From a virus (lineage: Duplodnaviria > Caudoviricetes), in IMG/VR virus record IMGVR_UViG_3300014204_000179, positions 5,325 through 69,324 of that record: a stretch of 64,000 nucleotides of DNA; one strand, written 5' to 3'. This document shows positions 16,061 through 26,686 of the stretch, piece by piece (position 1 is the stretch's first letter; each line of letters begins with the position of its first letter). The notes below the pieces were generated by a model, which saw only the letters and a program-made list of their open reading frames with translations, was not told the DNA's origin and searched no databases. Both the position numbers and the translations under genes were made by a program.

Positions 16061-18259
16061 TTATTTTTTTAATAAATTTGATTTAAGATTATTTATTGTT
16101 TCAGTGAATTCATTGAGTTTTTTCATTAAACCTAAACTACTTGTGGCAATTTCTTTTTCACCGCCTTGACCTTTTAATGTTATTCCACCTTTTACTTTAT
16201 TTCTCACAGCAAATTCATTACCGTCAGCATCAGCATATCTATCACCAATATTACCATTATATTCTTCATAACCAATTTCTTCATCAACTTCATCACCAAC
16301 ATTTTTTGGTTGATAACCAAGTAAACGATCAGTTGTATCTTTATCACTATAACCCATTTTTTTAGCATGTTCTACTGGTGAACCCATATTTTTATCGGGA
16401 TTTGCGGGATTATATTCATCTTTTTTATCACCTTCTTCAGATTTTGCTTGATCTTCCATTGCTTTTAAACGAGTATAATAATCCGGAAATTCTGCAAGAT
16501 GATCCATAGCAATTTCAAATGCTATTAATGGATCATCAGTATGTTCATTTTCAACATCAACACCCATTGATAATTGTTCTAAATCAAATTCTAATGGTGA
16601 TTTATCATCAGCTTTTCCACCGGGAATCATATCACCAGCTTCTTCTTTTTCTTTTGCGAGTTGTTCAATATTATTCGATTGTTTTGTTGATGAATCCAGA
16701 TTAACATTGGTTAATTCTTCTTCATTTTCACCCAAATTAAAAACTTTTTCAGTATAATATTTTTTACCGTATTCATTAAATGATGGGTCGGCTTCGTGTC
16801 TTTTAAACACATAATATTTATTACCTTTAATATTTTTAATACCTAAAAATGTTCCTTTATTTTCATAAAATTCACCTTTTTTATATTTTACATTAATTTG
16901 ATTATCTAAATCATTTACTTGTTGATGAATTGAAGACATTGTTGTTTGTTGACTTGGTAATTCATCATAATTATTTTCTTTAATTTTAATTTTTTTAGAA
17001 TATTTTTTAGGTTTTTTATTATATTGTTTTTGAGGACTAAATTCCTTACCCAATTCTTTTGGATATGCACTTTTTTCTTCTTCTTCTTCAATGAATCTAT
17101 CAGCAAATTCGGGATACGTTCTTTGTCCAACCATATGTTGTCCCGGTTTATCTTCTTGTGATGGTTTAACAACACCAGTTAATTTTTTAATTTCTGCTTG
17201 TATTTGATCCATTGTTGGTGATTGATTACCACTGGTAATAAGATTATCATATGCCTGATTAATTATTTGTTTTTTTTCTTCAGGTACTTCTTCAATTGGT
17301 TCATCGTCAACTGGAAGTGGATCATGAATTCCCGGTAAAGTGTTAACATCATCATTATTATCTAAAACTGTTGATATTTCAGTATCATCATATTCTTGTG
17401 GTAATTCAAAATTATCTTCATTTACTTTTGCCATTTTTTCTATAAAAAATGCATTAGCAATTTTAGAAATTAAATTAATATATTCTTCTGAACCCATTGA
17501 TGTTATTTCATTACCAAAAAAATTTTTAATTTCATTTATTGCCAATTCAATATATTCCCTTTTACTCTCAGGAGAAAGTGATTTCAAATGTCCATCTTGT
17601 GCTTTTTGTATAATAATATCAGCAATTTTACTGATGTCAATAGTTTCATTAACTACCTTTTTCAATTCAGGGGCATTTACTCTAAGTTTAGGATTTGTTG
17701 GTTTTTCATCAGCATACTGAATTGGTTTTATCATTCCAACCCTATCTTTAGCACCATATGGGTATGAATCAATTTTTTTTATTGAATCTTCATATAATTC
17801 ATCAAATTCCGGTTCACCGTCTTCCACATCCATATATTTATCAATAACATCAAAAAATTCATTTTTATGTTTAGTGTTGAATTCTTTAAGTTCATTTTCA
17901 TCAACTTCTACCGATTCACCATCAGATGCGGAATCAAAACTAAATGTTATTAATGCCACATCTTGAATATCATAAACACCATCTTGATTATCTTCATTTA
18001 AAATTACTTTAAATGTAAATGTTATATTATTATTTTGTTTATCAAGACAAGTTAATTCAACAAAAGATTCATTATCACCAGTTTGAGTATTTGATCTTTC
18101 AATATTTAAAAGACCTGTTTTAAGATTATTAAAAGCTACTTCAAGAACACCAGATTTAGAATAATTCTGCATAATTCCTTCATTTAATTTAATTTTATTA
18201 ATACCCTGAAATATTTCAAGAAATCTTTCTTTACTACCAACTTTGTTATATATTTTCAT
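16061..18259 (-). CDS. Acidic multidomain protein with DUF5661-like domain; possible internal head protein
   Basis: LSMGVDVENEHTDDPLIAFEIAMDHLAEFPDYYTRL. The N-terminal 27 aa are shared with the neighbouring ORF. Confidence 0.6.
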   Translation of the reverse strand: MKIYNKVGSKERFLEIFQGINKIKLNEGIMQNYSKSGVLEVAFNNLKTGLLNIERSNTQTGDNESFVELTCLDKQNNNITFTFKVILNEDNQDGVYDIQDVALITFSFDSASDGESVEVDENELKEFNTKHKNEFFDVIDKYMDVEDGEPEFDELYEDSIKKIDSYPYGAKDRVGMIKPIQYADEKPTNPKLRVNAPELKKVVNETIDISKIADIIIQKAQDGHLKSLSPESKREYIELAINEIKNFFGNEITSMGSEEYINLISKIANAFFIEKMAKVNEDNFELPQEYDDTEISTVLDNNDDVNTLPGIHDPLPVDDEPIEEVPEEKKQIINQAYDNLITSGNQSPTMDQIQAEIKKLTGVVKPSQEDKPGQHMVGQRTYPEFADRFIEEEEEKSAYPKELGKEFSPQKQYNKKPKKYSKKIKIKENNYDELPSQQTTMSSIHQQVNDLDNQINVKYKKGEFYENKGTFLGIKNIKGNKYYVFKRHEADPSFNEYGKKYYTEKVFNLGENEEELTNVNLDSSTKQSNNIEQLAKEKEEAGDMIPGGKADDKSPLEFDLEQLSMGVDVENEHTDDPLIAFEIAMDHLAEFPDYYTRLKAMEDQAKSEEGDKKDEYNPANPDKNMGSPVEHAKKMGYSDKDTTDRLLGYQPKNVGDEVDEEIGYEEYNGNIGDRYADADGNEFAVRNKVKGGITLKGQGGEKEIATSSLGLMKKLNEFTETINNLKSNLLKK

Positions 18260-18270
18260 GTTATTTATTT

Positions 18271-18723
18271 TTATTCAAATATTATTGGATATAAATTACC
18301 AAATTCTCTCATAACTATACCTGCAAATGCATTAGCTTCATTTTCTACTTCACTGCCAGTTTCGTTTGAATTTTGATCTAACTTTCCTTTTTTATTTTGT
18401 TCATGATGTTTTAATTCATGTACTATTGTTCTACAACCATCAGCCAAATTTCTATTAGCTAATACAACCCTTAATTCATTTTTTTCTGGTGTATATTTAC
18501 CAAAAGATTTCATATTTGAAGCTTCTTTTTCATCATATGAAATTATTATTTTTGGTATATCATTTTCCAAATCAAGTTTTTTATTAACAAATTGAATTAA
18601 TTTCTCAATAATTTCTTCTTTTTTTTCTTTAGGTAACAAAGCTTCAGTTAAAACAACATTATTAATTTTTTGAAACATCTCTAAAAGTCGTTCCTTTGAA
18701 CCATATTGATGAAATATTTTCAT
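18271..18723 (-). CDS. Small HExxH zincin-like metallopeptidase
   Basis: SFGKY..EKNELRV...RTIVHELKHHEQ...EVENEANAFAG. Confidence 0.6.
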   Translation of the reverse strand: MKIFHQYGSKERLLEMFQKINNVVLTEALLPKEKKEEIIEKLIQFVNKKLDLENDIPKIIISYDEKEASNMKSFGKYTPEKNELRVVLANRNLADGCRTIVHELKHHEQNKKGKLDQNSNETGSEVENEANAFAGIVMREFGNLYPIIFE

Positions 18724-18757
18724 AATTAATCTTGTTGTTCTTCTCTACCTCTTAATT

Positions 18758-19492
18758 TTAAACTAAATCATTAAAACTATCAAGAACATCTGATTTAGAT
18801 TTTTGTGGTAAATCATCAAAATCCGCTATAAATGTTCCATCTGGTAATTCATTTATTCCTTTTTCTTTCTGTTCTTCTCTTTTTTCGTTAAACCAATTAC
18901 CTGACCAAAAATCATTAAGATTGAAATAGTATGGATATGACACATTGGTTTTACTCATCAATTTTTCAGAATTAGTTGGTTCACGAACTTCTTCAACTTC
19001 CGCATTCAATTTGGACATTTTATCGTTTAAACCATTAACAGTATTATTTAATGATTCCAATTCAGTATGAATACTTTTCATAGCTTCAATATTATGTTTA
19101 ATAATATCATTTTGAATATCATTAACTTCAGTACCAGTTCCCGGAGGTGGCGTTTCTCCACCCATAGATACAGGTGGTATATTAGTATCTTCAGCACCAG
19201 TTCCCGGAGGTGGCATTTCTCCACTCTGATCAAATGCTGGTGTAGGTGCTTCAGGAGTATCCATGCCAATTGGTTGATCATTACTTGGTGCAGGTGGTGT
19301 TTGACCTTCTGGTTTCGGAGCATCTTCTTGTTCACCAGCTTCATTTGTTAGCACAGGAACTTGATCAAATTCTTCAGAATCACCAATTAATGGTTGATAC
19401 CTTGGAGATTCATTTATTTGGTAATCAAAACGATGTTTAATTTTCCTTAAATGTTCTTCAAGGAGAACACCTTTTTTTTTATCATTTTTCAT
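18758..19492 (-). CDS. Pro-rich and coiled-coil protein (scaffold-like)
   Basis: Pro/Gly-rich middle containing a 36-nt duplication (19126-19161 and 19189-19224), followed by a heptad region. Confidence 0.6.
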   Translation of the reverse strand: MKNDKKKGVLLEEHLRKIKHRFDYQINESPRYQPLIGDSEEFDQVPVLTNEAGEQEDAPKPEGQTPPAPSNDQPIGMDTPEAPTPAFDQSGEMPPPGTGAEDTNIPPVSMGGETPPPGTGTEVNDIQNDIIKHNIEAMKSIHTELESLNNTVNGLNDKMSKLNAEVEEVREPTNSEKLMSKTNVSYPYYFNLNDFWSGNWFNEKREEQKEKGINELPDGTFIADFDDLPQKSKSDVLDSFNDLV

Positions 19493-19505
19493 TGAATGAA
19501 TGTTA

Positions 19506-19697
19506 TTAATATACTTCTCTTAATAATTGTTTACCATCTTTTGTAATAAGAATTTTATCAACACGCTCAATTATGCCTTCTCTTTCATCAAGAATAACTT
19601 TTTTTGTCGTATTAATTTTTTCTTTTTCTTCCAATTCTTCTATGGTTTCGGAAGTTCCTACAAAATCATTAAGGATTTTTTCTACATTTGTTTCCAT
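19506..19697 (-). CDS. Small hypothetical protein
   Basis: 63-aa ORF with GTATTTAT at 19719-19726 upstream. Confidence 0.65.
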   Translation of the reverse strand: METNVEKILNDFVGTSETIEELEEKEKINTTKKVILDEREGIIERVDKILITKDGKQLLREVY

Positions 19698-19813
19698 AGT
19701 ACTTATAATTTATTTCTTATAAATACTATGCAACATTCATTTTGACATTATGATAACCAGATATCTTTTAAGGTAGTAAAATTGAGGAAATTATTTATAT
19801 AAAATATAAATAA

Positions 19814-20245
19814 TTATAATGCTTTAATTTTGTTAATTATATTTGTTGTTGATCGTCCATCAGTTGGATAATAAATAACTCCACTTTTAGTATATTCAGC
19901 ACCAACTATAATTTTATCTTTATATTGATCACCAATTACCATATAATCAATTTTAAATTTATTTATAAAATATATAAGTTCTTTATCATCATGAAATGAA
20001 ACGACACTATCAACCATTTTAAGATTAGCAACCATTTTTACTCTGGAATAAATATCATTAATTGGTCGTTTATTTCCTTTTAACATTTTAACTCGATCAT
20101 CAGTATCAATACCAACATATAAATGATTCACAGTAACAGCATAATTCCGTGAATATCCTTTAGTATTATATAATTTAGCATACCAGAGCAAATCCATATG
20201 TCCTGTATGTAAAATATCAAAACATCCATTTACCCAAATATTCAT
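19814..20245 (-). CDS. Cytidylyl/adenylyltransferase (RfaE-bis/TagD-like)
   Basis: NGCFDILHTGH (HxGH), VGIDTDDRVK.LKG.KRPIN, STTNII.KI. Confidence 0.85.
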   Translation of the reverse strand: MNIWVNGCFDILHTGHMDLLWYAKLYNTKGYSRNYAVTVNHLYVGIDTDDRVKMLKGNKRPINDIYSRVKMVANLKMVDSVVSFHDDKELIYFINKFKIDYMVIGDQYKDKIIVGAEYTKSGVIYYPTDGRSTTNIINKIKAL

Positions 20246-20249
20246 AAAA

Positions 20250-20825
20250 TTATTTTTTTATAATATAATAACAATCATTATCTATTAATATTTTTTCTTC
20301 TTTTTTTTGAAGAAATTCATCAACTGCAATAGTTGCACCTTTACAATAATCTGAATTATAGTCATCTAATATTATATATCCACCAACAATCATTTTATCA
20401 TAAAAAAATTCTAATGCTAATTTATGTGACAAATATTGATCAACATCTAAATGAACTAAATTGAATTTAATATTTATAATATGTTTTCCAGTTTCTTCAG
20501 GAAAAATACCTTTAAATATTAGAACATTAATGTCAGGAAATAATTTACAAGTTTCATCATATGATGTATCGTAAAAATCACCAAGATTATGCCAATTATC
20601 ACAATCAGATTTATAAGGCATACCATTAAATGTATCAAATAAATATAAATTACTATTTTTATTCATTACATCATATATTACTTTTGCACTACCACCTTTA
20701 TAAACACCAACTTCAGCAATATTTGCTTCAATATCACCCAATTCAATTATTTTATTTTTAATAAAATTAATTTTTTTCTTTAAAACAATAGTTTCACCAA
20801 ATTTTAATGTATCGCATTTTTTCAT
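20250..20825 (-). CDS. TylF/MycF-family O-methyltransferase
   Basis: IAEVGVYKGGS, LFDTFNGMP, KGIFPET, VHLDVD.Y, GGYIILDDY. Confidence 0.85.
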   Translation of the reverse strand: MKKCDTLKFGETIVLKKKINFIKNKIIELGDIEANIAEVGVYKGGSAKVIYDVMNKNSNLYLFDTFNGMPYKSDCDNWHNLGDFYDTSYDETCKLFPDINVLIFKGIFPEETGKHIINIKFNLVHLDVDQYLSHKLALEFFYDKMIVGGYIILDDYNSDYCKGATIAVDEFLQKKEEKILIDNDCYYIIKK

Positions 20826-22495
20826 GTAAATTTTTCAATAATATTATAAATTCTTTCTGCAGCATGTCCATCACCAAACGGACAATCGTAATTAATTTCA
20901 TAATCATTAATATGTTTCAAAAATTCACCAAGTAATAATTCTGGTGATTCTATCATAAATGTACTCTGTCCTATTGCTTCAGGTCGTTCAGTAATAATTC
21001 TGCAAGTTAAACATTTTTTATTAAAAAAACTACATTCTTCTTGTAATCCACCACTATCAGTAATTACAAGTCTTGTTTTTATTAATAAATTAAGCATATC
21101 CTCATATGATAACGGATCAATTACTTTAACATATTTTAATAAATGTTTATGTTTTTGAACATTTGGATTTGGATGTATAGGCAAAATAAATTCATATTGA
21201 GGATATAACTTTGCAAGTGTGTTGATTACAGTAAACCACTGGTCAAGCCAGTGATGATTTTCACGTCTATGTAGAGTTATTAATATCTTATTTGTATATT
21301 CACATTTTTCCTTATACGGTAAAAGATTATCTATTACAGTATTTCCAACTACGAAAAATTCACCAAAACATCTTTCTCTTGTAAGATTTTTTAATGCTTC
21401 TTCAGTTGGACATAAATGAATATCGGCAATTTGCGAAATAAGTCTACGATTAATTTCTTCAGGATATGGATTTTGTTTATTGTATGTACGAAGTCCTGCT
21501 TCTAAATGAATTATTTTAATATTATTATGAAAAGCTGTTAATGCTACTGCAAATGCTGAAGTAGTATCCCCTTGAACCATAACATGAGTAATATATGGAT
21601 GTTTATTTAAAAATTTTCCAAAATTATTAATGTTTCCAACTACAATCGAATCTAATCTGTTTGATTCTTTATTTTCTTTAATGTTGAATGAAAAATCATA
21701 TTTGTTCCTATTTACTATATTTTTATGTTGTCCAGTAAATGCATATAAAACTGGAATAAAATTTTTTTCGAGGGTTTGTACTAACTTAAATGTTTTTAAT
21801 TCCTCTGGACGAGTTCCCGCAACTATTAATATACATTTTGTATAATCAACCGAATTCTTGAATTCATTTTTATATTCGATAGTTAATAATTTTCTTAATT
21901 TTTTTAAAAATCCATATGGTATTCTTATTAATCTAATATTATTCTCATTACAATATTTAGTTTTAATTATTTCATTTTCTTTTATTTTTTTCAATTTGTT
22001 TTGAAAAATACCCGTTTCCCTATAAATAAAATGTTGCTCACCATCATATTCAATACAGCAATTATAATCAGGTAAATAAAAATCAAATGGAAGGGGTCGC
22101 CTTTCACCCCTGCAATTATTAAATAAATATTCTTTAATAAAATTTATATTTAGTTCATTCAATATTCTTGAAATTTCCTTTTCTCCCTTAGATTCTTTAT
22201 TGCACACGGGACACCATGTACCATTTGATATATGTTTTGTTGTTGCAAGCCAAGTATGATTATTTTGACATTCCCATTCGTATTTATGATTAACTGATTG
22301 ATATCTTGATGATAGACAAATACCATTATTCTTTTTTGCTAAATTATTTAAATATTCAACACCAAAATATTCTTTCGATAAGAAATTTCCTCCCTTTTCT
22401 TTAATTATTTTCAGTAATTTATTATATATATTTACTTTTTTTAAACGCATATTATATATTTTATTGTTCCGTATACTAATATTATCATAATTCAA
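20822..22495 (-). CDS. wecB: Fusion of a PD-(D/E)XK homing-endonuclease-like module (N-terminal) and UDP-GlcNAc 2-epimerase (C-terminal)
   Basis: N-terminus WECQNNH.W...GTWCPVC...PFDFYLPDYNCCIEYDGEQH. C-terminus GTRPE, TGQH, VQGDTTSA, HLEAGLRT, PYPEEINR, TLHRREN, TDSGGLQEE, PFGDGHAAERI. Confidence 0.85.
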   Translation of the reverse strand: MNYDNISIRNNKIYNMRLKKVNIYNKLLKIIKEKGGNFLSKEYFGVEYLNNLAKKNNGICLSSRYQSVNHKYEWECQNNHTWLATTKHISNGTWCPVCNKESKGEKEISRILNELNINFIKEYLFNNCRGERRPLPFDFYLPDYNCCIEYDGEQHFIYRETGIFQNKLKKIKENEIIKTKYCNENNIRLIRIPYGFLKKLRKLLTIEYKNEFKNSVDYTKCILIVAGTRPEELKTFKLVQTLEKNFIPVLYAFTGQHKNIVNRNKYDFSFNIKENKESNRLDSIVVGNINNFGKFLNKHPYITHVMVQGDTTSAFAVALTAFHNNIKIIHLEAGLRTYNKQNPYPEEINRRLISQIADIHLCPTEEALKNLTRERCFGEFFVVGNTVIDNLLPYKEKCEYTNKILITLHRRENHHWLDQWFTVINTLAKLYPQYEFILPIHPNPNVQKHKHLLKYVKVIDPLSYEDMLNLLIKTRLVITDSGGLQEECSFFNKKCLTCRIITERPEAIGQSTFMIESPELLLGEFLKHINDYEINYDCPFGDGHAAERIYNIIEKFT

Positions 22496-23255
22496 ATTCT
22501 TTTAATACTTCAGGTAATTTTTCGGTATATTTAATTGCTTTATACCATGCAGTTGGGTATACTGGATGTAAATTTAACATTTCGGGTGTCCATTTTAACC
22601 AAATATTATCATACCATATATCAATATTAAAGTCATTATGATGACCCCATGTTTTTAATTTTTCTTTAAGTTCATTATCAGTTAAAACATATGAGGCGTG
22701 ATAACAAATAATATTAGGAATATTTATGATCTGACTTCCAGTTGGTTTTCTTTTTCTTTCAAATTTTACTCCTTTTTTTAAATTAATAACTATTTGTGGA
22801 TGACCAACCATTTTATTTGAAAGATTTGCAACAGTTATATATTTAAATGTTTTCCAGAAACTAATCCACCCACAAGTATAAATATCATAACTTGGTTGAT
22901 TAAAAATAAAATTTTTAATTTTTTCGAAATCATCATGAAAATAAAATTCGTCTGCATCATGTATCATTAGATAATCCATTCCATCTTCATTTGCTTTATT
23001 TACACAGGCATTTCTTTGAGCCTCTTCGGTTAACCAATCACCTTCAATAATACTTATTTTATTAATAAATTTTGATTGTTTTATAATATTTAAATTAAAC
23101 GAATTTTTATAAATATTTCTTGCATTTGGATTATAACCCCAAGGTTTTTCACTATATGCAATATAAATTTTATCAACATGTGGAAATGCATTTTCAATAT
23201 TTTTCATTATCCAATTATCTTGACCAAATAATACGATGTGTGTTGCTATTTTCAT
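22485..23255 (-). CDS. GT-A/GT2-like glycosyltransferase
   Basis: HVDKIYIAYSE...QRN...DYLMIHDADEFY (DxD). Confidence 0.7.
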   Translation of the reverse strand: MKIATHIVLFGQDNWIMKNIENAFPHVDKIYIAYSEKPWGYNPNARNIYKNSFNLNIIKQSKFINKISIIEGDWLTEEAQRNACVNKANEDGMDYLMIHDADEFYFHDDFEKIKNFIFNQPSYDIYTCGWISFWKTFKYITVANLSNKMVGHPQIVINLKKGVKFERKRKPTGSQIINIPNIICYHASYVLTDNELKEKLKTWGHHNDFNIDIWYDNIWLKWTPEMLNLHPVYPTAWYKAIKYTEKLPEVLKEFEL

Positions 23256-24193
23256 GTTAAAAATACTTCTTTGAATTTATTCATTACAATTTCGGGAACA
23301 TAATCTCGATATGCATTCCAATCAATCTCTGGTTTAGGTGTAAAATCATTAATAATTTTCTTTAAATCCTTATCATAAAAGTATTTTATTGCTTTATTAC
23401 CCAACATTTGAAGATGAGCTGATTCTCTTTGTAAACCACCAAATGTTATTATCGGTTTATTTCTTATTGAGAATTCTGCAACTGCCAAACCAAAAGTTTC
23501 ACCAGCAGTTCTTGCATGTAACATAGCATCACAAGTGTTAATAAATCTTGTTTTATATTCTAAATCCTGATTACCATCCAAATGAATTACTTTTGATGAA
23601 TCTACGAACTTATTAGTATACATGAAAAGAAAATAAATATCATTTCGAGTCTTAATAATTTCTTTGACGACATTTTTTACAAATAAAATATCAAAAGTTT
23701 CAGCACCACCATGACGACCAAAAACAATAGCATTTTCAGGTATTCCAAGTTCTTGTCTTAAATTTCCTTCAATATTTGGCAAGTCTAACATATATGGTAC
23801 ATAAGGAATATTAAATCTATTACCTAACCATTTAGATATTGCTGCATATACATCACCATGTGGTTGATAATTTTGAAAAACCATATGTATTACTGTTTTT
23901 CTACCTAATGAAACAATTCCATCATTTATTCCTGTTTTTTGGGCATAAAAAACATCCACTTGCTCTTTATTTAAAAATGGTTCTACATCTAAAAAATTTT
24001 TATATTGTAAAACCTTAAATCTATCTTTAAATTTTTTTTCTGCAAGAGGATGTGAATAGTTCCAAATTGAAGGGTCTTTTGAAATTATAATACTTTCATT
24101 TTTAAGAATTTCTTCATTATATTTAGCATAGTCATACATTGCTACTTCAGTACCACGTAAACTAAGTTGATTTGTGTGAAACGCTATTTTCAT
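23252..24193 (-). CDS. GT-B (GT4-like) glycosyltransferase
   Basis: RGTEVAMYDYA...FGRHGG.ETF...CDAMLHAR..GETFGLAVAEF...KPIIT. Confidence 0.8.
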   Translation of the reverse strand: MKIAFHTNQLSLRGTEVAMYDYAKYNEEILKNESIIISKDPSIWNYSHPLAEKKFKDRFKVLQYKNFLDVEPFLNKEQVDVFYAQKTGINDGIVSLGRKTVIHMVFQNYQPHGDVYAAISKWLGNRFNIPYVPYMLDLPNIEGNLRQELGIPENAIVFGRHGGAETFDILFVKNVVKEIIKTRNDIYFLFMYTNKFVDSSKVIHLDGNQDLEYKTRFINTCDAMLHARTAGETFGLAVAEFSIRNKPIITFGGLQRESAHLQMLGNKAIKYFYDKDLKKIINDFTPKPEIDWNAYRDYVPEIVMNKFKEVFLT

Positions 24194-24810
24194 TATTTGT
24201 GTGCATAAATTATTTGAAATTTATAATTATCATAAAATAATATAATTTCATCAACTAATAATGGATAAAATTGTTTTTCCAGCCATTTCATATTTGGATT
24301 AATTACATGTTGTCCACCATCAATTATTTCATTTTCACTCTTTTGTATTATTTCGTGTCCAAAATAAAAACCATCTTTTGTTAATATCCTTTTAAATTCA
24401 TTAATTGCTTTAATTTTATCATCTACAGGTAAATGCATTAATACTGCACCAGTATAAATTACATCAAAAAATGAATCATCATACGGTAAATTTTTTAAAT
24501 CCCCAATTTGAAAATTAATATTATTTCCATATTTATCAATACAATATTTTATACGATGTTCTTGAAAATCAATACCATAATATTCATCCCAAAGTCCAGT
24601 ATTTTTAAATTCATTAATACAATAACCTGAACCACAACCAGCATCTAAAATATTTCCACCAGCAGTCTTTTTTAATTCAGTAATTTTAGGAATTACTACT
24701 GTTTTAATTCTAACTATGGATTTAAAAATATTAATTGATGTATTAGCATCATGTTTCCACAAATCAACACCACCCAATTCATTTTTCCAATATTCTTTTG
24801 GATTATACAT
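24193..24810 (-). CDS. Class I SAM-dependent methyltransferase
   Basis: ILDAGCGSG, GIDF, GDLKNLPY.DSFFDVI...VLMH. Confidence 0.85.
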   Translation of the reverse strand: MYNPKEYWKNELGGVDLWKHDANTSINIFKSIVRIKTVVIPKITELKKTAGGNILDAGCGSGYCINEFKNTGLWDEYYGIDFQEHRIKYCIDKYGNNINFQIGDLKNLPYDDSFFDVIYTGAVLMHLPVDDKIKAINEFKRILTKDGFYFGHEIIQKSENEIIDGGQHVINPNMKWLEKQFYPLLVDEIILFYDNYKFQIIYAHK

Positions 24811-25438
24811 ATTTATCTTTTTTAACTATTGAACATCCACAATCACTTATTGAGTCTTTAAAATCTTCAAATTTATCAAATTTATGTTTCATTTCATCCC
24901 ATGCAATCCAAACACTGCATACTTTAGGTTTACTTCTTTGCCAATAATCATGTGCCCAAATACAATAACTATTTAAAAGATTGTTTTGTAATATTAATTC
25001 AATTTCATTTTTTACATGTTGATAAGTATGATCACCATCTTGAATTATTAAATCAAATTCAAATGATTTAGATAAATAAATTAAAGAATCTTGAAGTATT
25101 CTTGTAAAAATTTTTGAATGTAATTTATTATATTCAAGTCTTTCTTGAATATCTAATAAAGTTACTTCTCCAATTCTATTCATTTCAACTGCTTGTAAAA
25201 TATGATTAGAACTTTTACCTAAAAAATTACCAATTTCTAAAATTCTTTTTGGTTTTAAAATTCTAATTAATACATATATAGATTTCCCTTCACTTTCCCA
25301 TATACTACCTCCGGGTTCTTCCGGATAACCACCATATATTGACTCATTATAATAATTTGTAAAGTCTACTAAATTAACACCAGTTAGTTTTTGAAAACCA
25401 TCGTAATATGATTTTATAAAATCTTCTTTTTTATTCAT
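24803..25438 (-). CDS. Class I SAM-dependent methyltransferase (Methyltransf_24-like)
   Basis: KPKRILEIGNFLGKSS, FDLIIQDGDHTY, WAHD. Confidence 0.8.
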   Translation of the reverse strand: MNKKEDFIKSYYDGFQKLTGVNLVDFTNYYNESIYGGYPEEPGGSIWESEGKSIYVLIRILKPKRILEIGNFLGKSSNHILQAVEMNRIGEVTLLDIQERLEYNKLHSKIFTRILQDSLIYLSKSFEFDLIIQDGDHTYQHVKNEIELILQNNLLNSYCIWAHDYWQRSKPKVCSVWIAWDEMKHKFDKFEDFKDSISDCGCSIVKKDKYV

Positions 25439-25448
25439 TTTATTAATT

Positions 25449-26117
25449 TTAATCTGTCCATCCTCTTTTACCAGTATTTAAATGATGATATCCCAAATTT
25501 TCTGCTAATACTTTATTATAATTTCTTTTAATAGCTTCTTGGGCGTTTCTTATTTTAAGTGGAAATCTTATTTCATTAATTTTTAAATCGCTATTATTAA
25601 ATAAATTATATAACCATACTTCAGGAGAAATACTACCGTTAAGGTCTTTAGGTATTAAATTTTCATCTTTTAATGGTTCAATTTTAGAAAATAATTTCAT
25701 TGCTGCCTTTTTTGATAAATAAAATACTTCCATCATATAATAATTATCACCCCATTCTTCAGGCATTCTACAAATAATATCATATCTACCAGTTATAATA
25801 TCATTAATATGTCCTTGAACAGTTTTAATAAAATTTTCATTAATTCTAACATCATCATGAGAAAAAACAATAACATCAAAATCAGTATTTAATATTTCTT
25901 TTATTGATAAAATACATCCATTAATACATCCAATTTTATGTGATTTTTCACCAAATTCTATTATAGAAAAATTAGAAATTTCTTGAAAAATATTAATAAA
26001 TTTATCATTATATGCAACACTTATTATTGCATTTGGATAATATTTTTTTTCAATTAATATTGTATCTTTTAATGTTTTAAATCTATTATAAACATTATGT
26101 GTAAAAACAATTTTCAT
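25449..26117 (-). CDS. Putative GT-A-like glycosyltransferase
   Basis: VIVFSHDDV motif and position inside the glycosylation cluster. Confidence 0.5.
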   Translation of the reverse strand: MKIVFTHNVYNRFKTLKDTILIEKKYYPNAIISVAYNDKFINIFQEISNFSIIEFGEKSHKIGCINGCILSIKEILNTDFDVIVFSHDDVRINENFIKTVQGHINDIITGRYDIICRMPEEWGDNYYMMEVFYLSKKAAMKLFSKIEPLKDENLIPKDLNGSISPEVWLYNLFNNSDLKINEIRFPLKIRNAQEAIKRNYNKVLAENLGYHHLNTGKRGWTD

Positions 26118-26686
26118 ATATTCAATACTTTATATGCTGTTATATGTTGGAAATCTACCCTATCTTTTACTACAATAGTTTTATACCCTAAAAATTCCCA
26201 ATCTATTGGTTGCCATTCAGATAAATGAATTTCATATTTATTATTATATACAATATTTTGTGGTTCAAAACCTAATGGCATTCCAAATATTATTAATTTA
26301 TTAACCTTTTTTTCTATTTTTGAAAGCGTGTTTATAAAAACATCTTTTTTTATGTGTTCAGGACCGTGCCAAAATAACATACAATCTGTAGTTGGATAAT
26401 TATTTATATCTAAAATATTACCCAAAATTATTTTATCTTCTGGACATCCCTTTTGAATTGCATCTAAAATATTTGGTTTGAAAATTTCAAGAATTTTCCA
26501 ATTTACATTATTTTCATTACAAATTCTAATCCACCAATGTCTACGAAAATCTTCCCAATTATGAAAACCAACATTTAAAAATGATTTCAATTCTAAATTT
26601 TGATTTTCGGTTAATATATTAACGACCGATAATTCTCTTTCTGAATAATTGTGTGGGGGTATTTTAAAAATATTTACCATATACAA
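26114..26686 (-). CDS. Putative methyltransferase-fold protein
   Basis: FLNVG, ILEIF.PN, GNILD, WHGPEH, H.S.W motifs; cluster context. Confidence 0.45.
   Translation of the reverse strand: MYMVNIFKIPPHNYSERELSVVNILTENQNLELKSFLNVGFHNWEDFRRHWWIRICNENNVNWKILEIFKPNILDAIQKGCPEDKIILGNILDINNYPTTDCMLFWHGPEHIKKDVFINTLSKIEKKVNKLIIFGMPLGFEPQNIVYNNKYEIHLSEWQPIDWEFLGYKTIVVKDRVDFQHITAYKVLNI

Noticed and set aside
19126-19224. 36-nt direct repeat with a 63-nt period
   Set aside because: It is an in-frame duplication in a Pro-rich linker (PPPGTG) and is explained by the protein.
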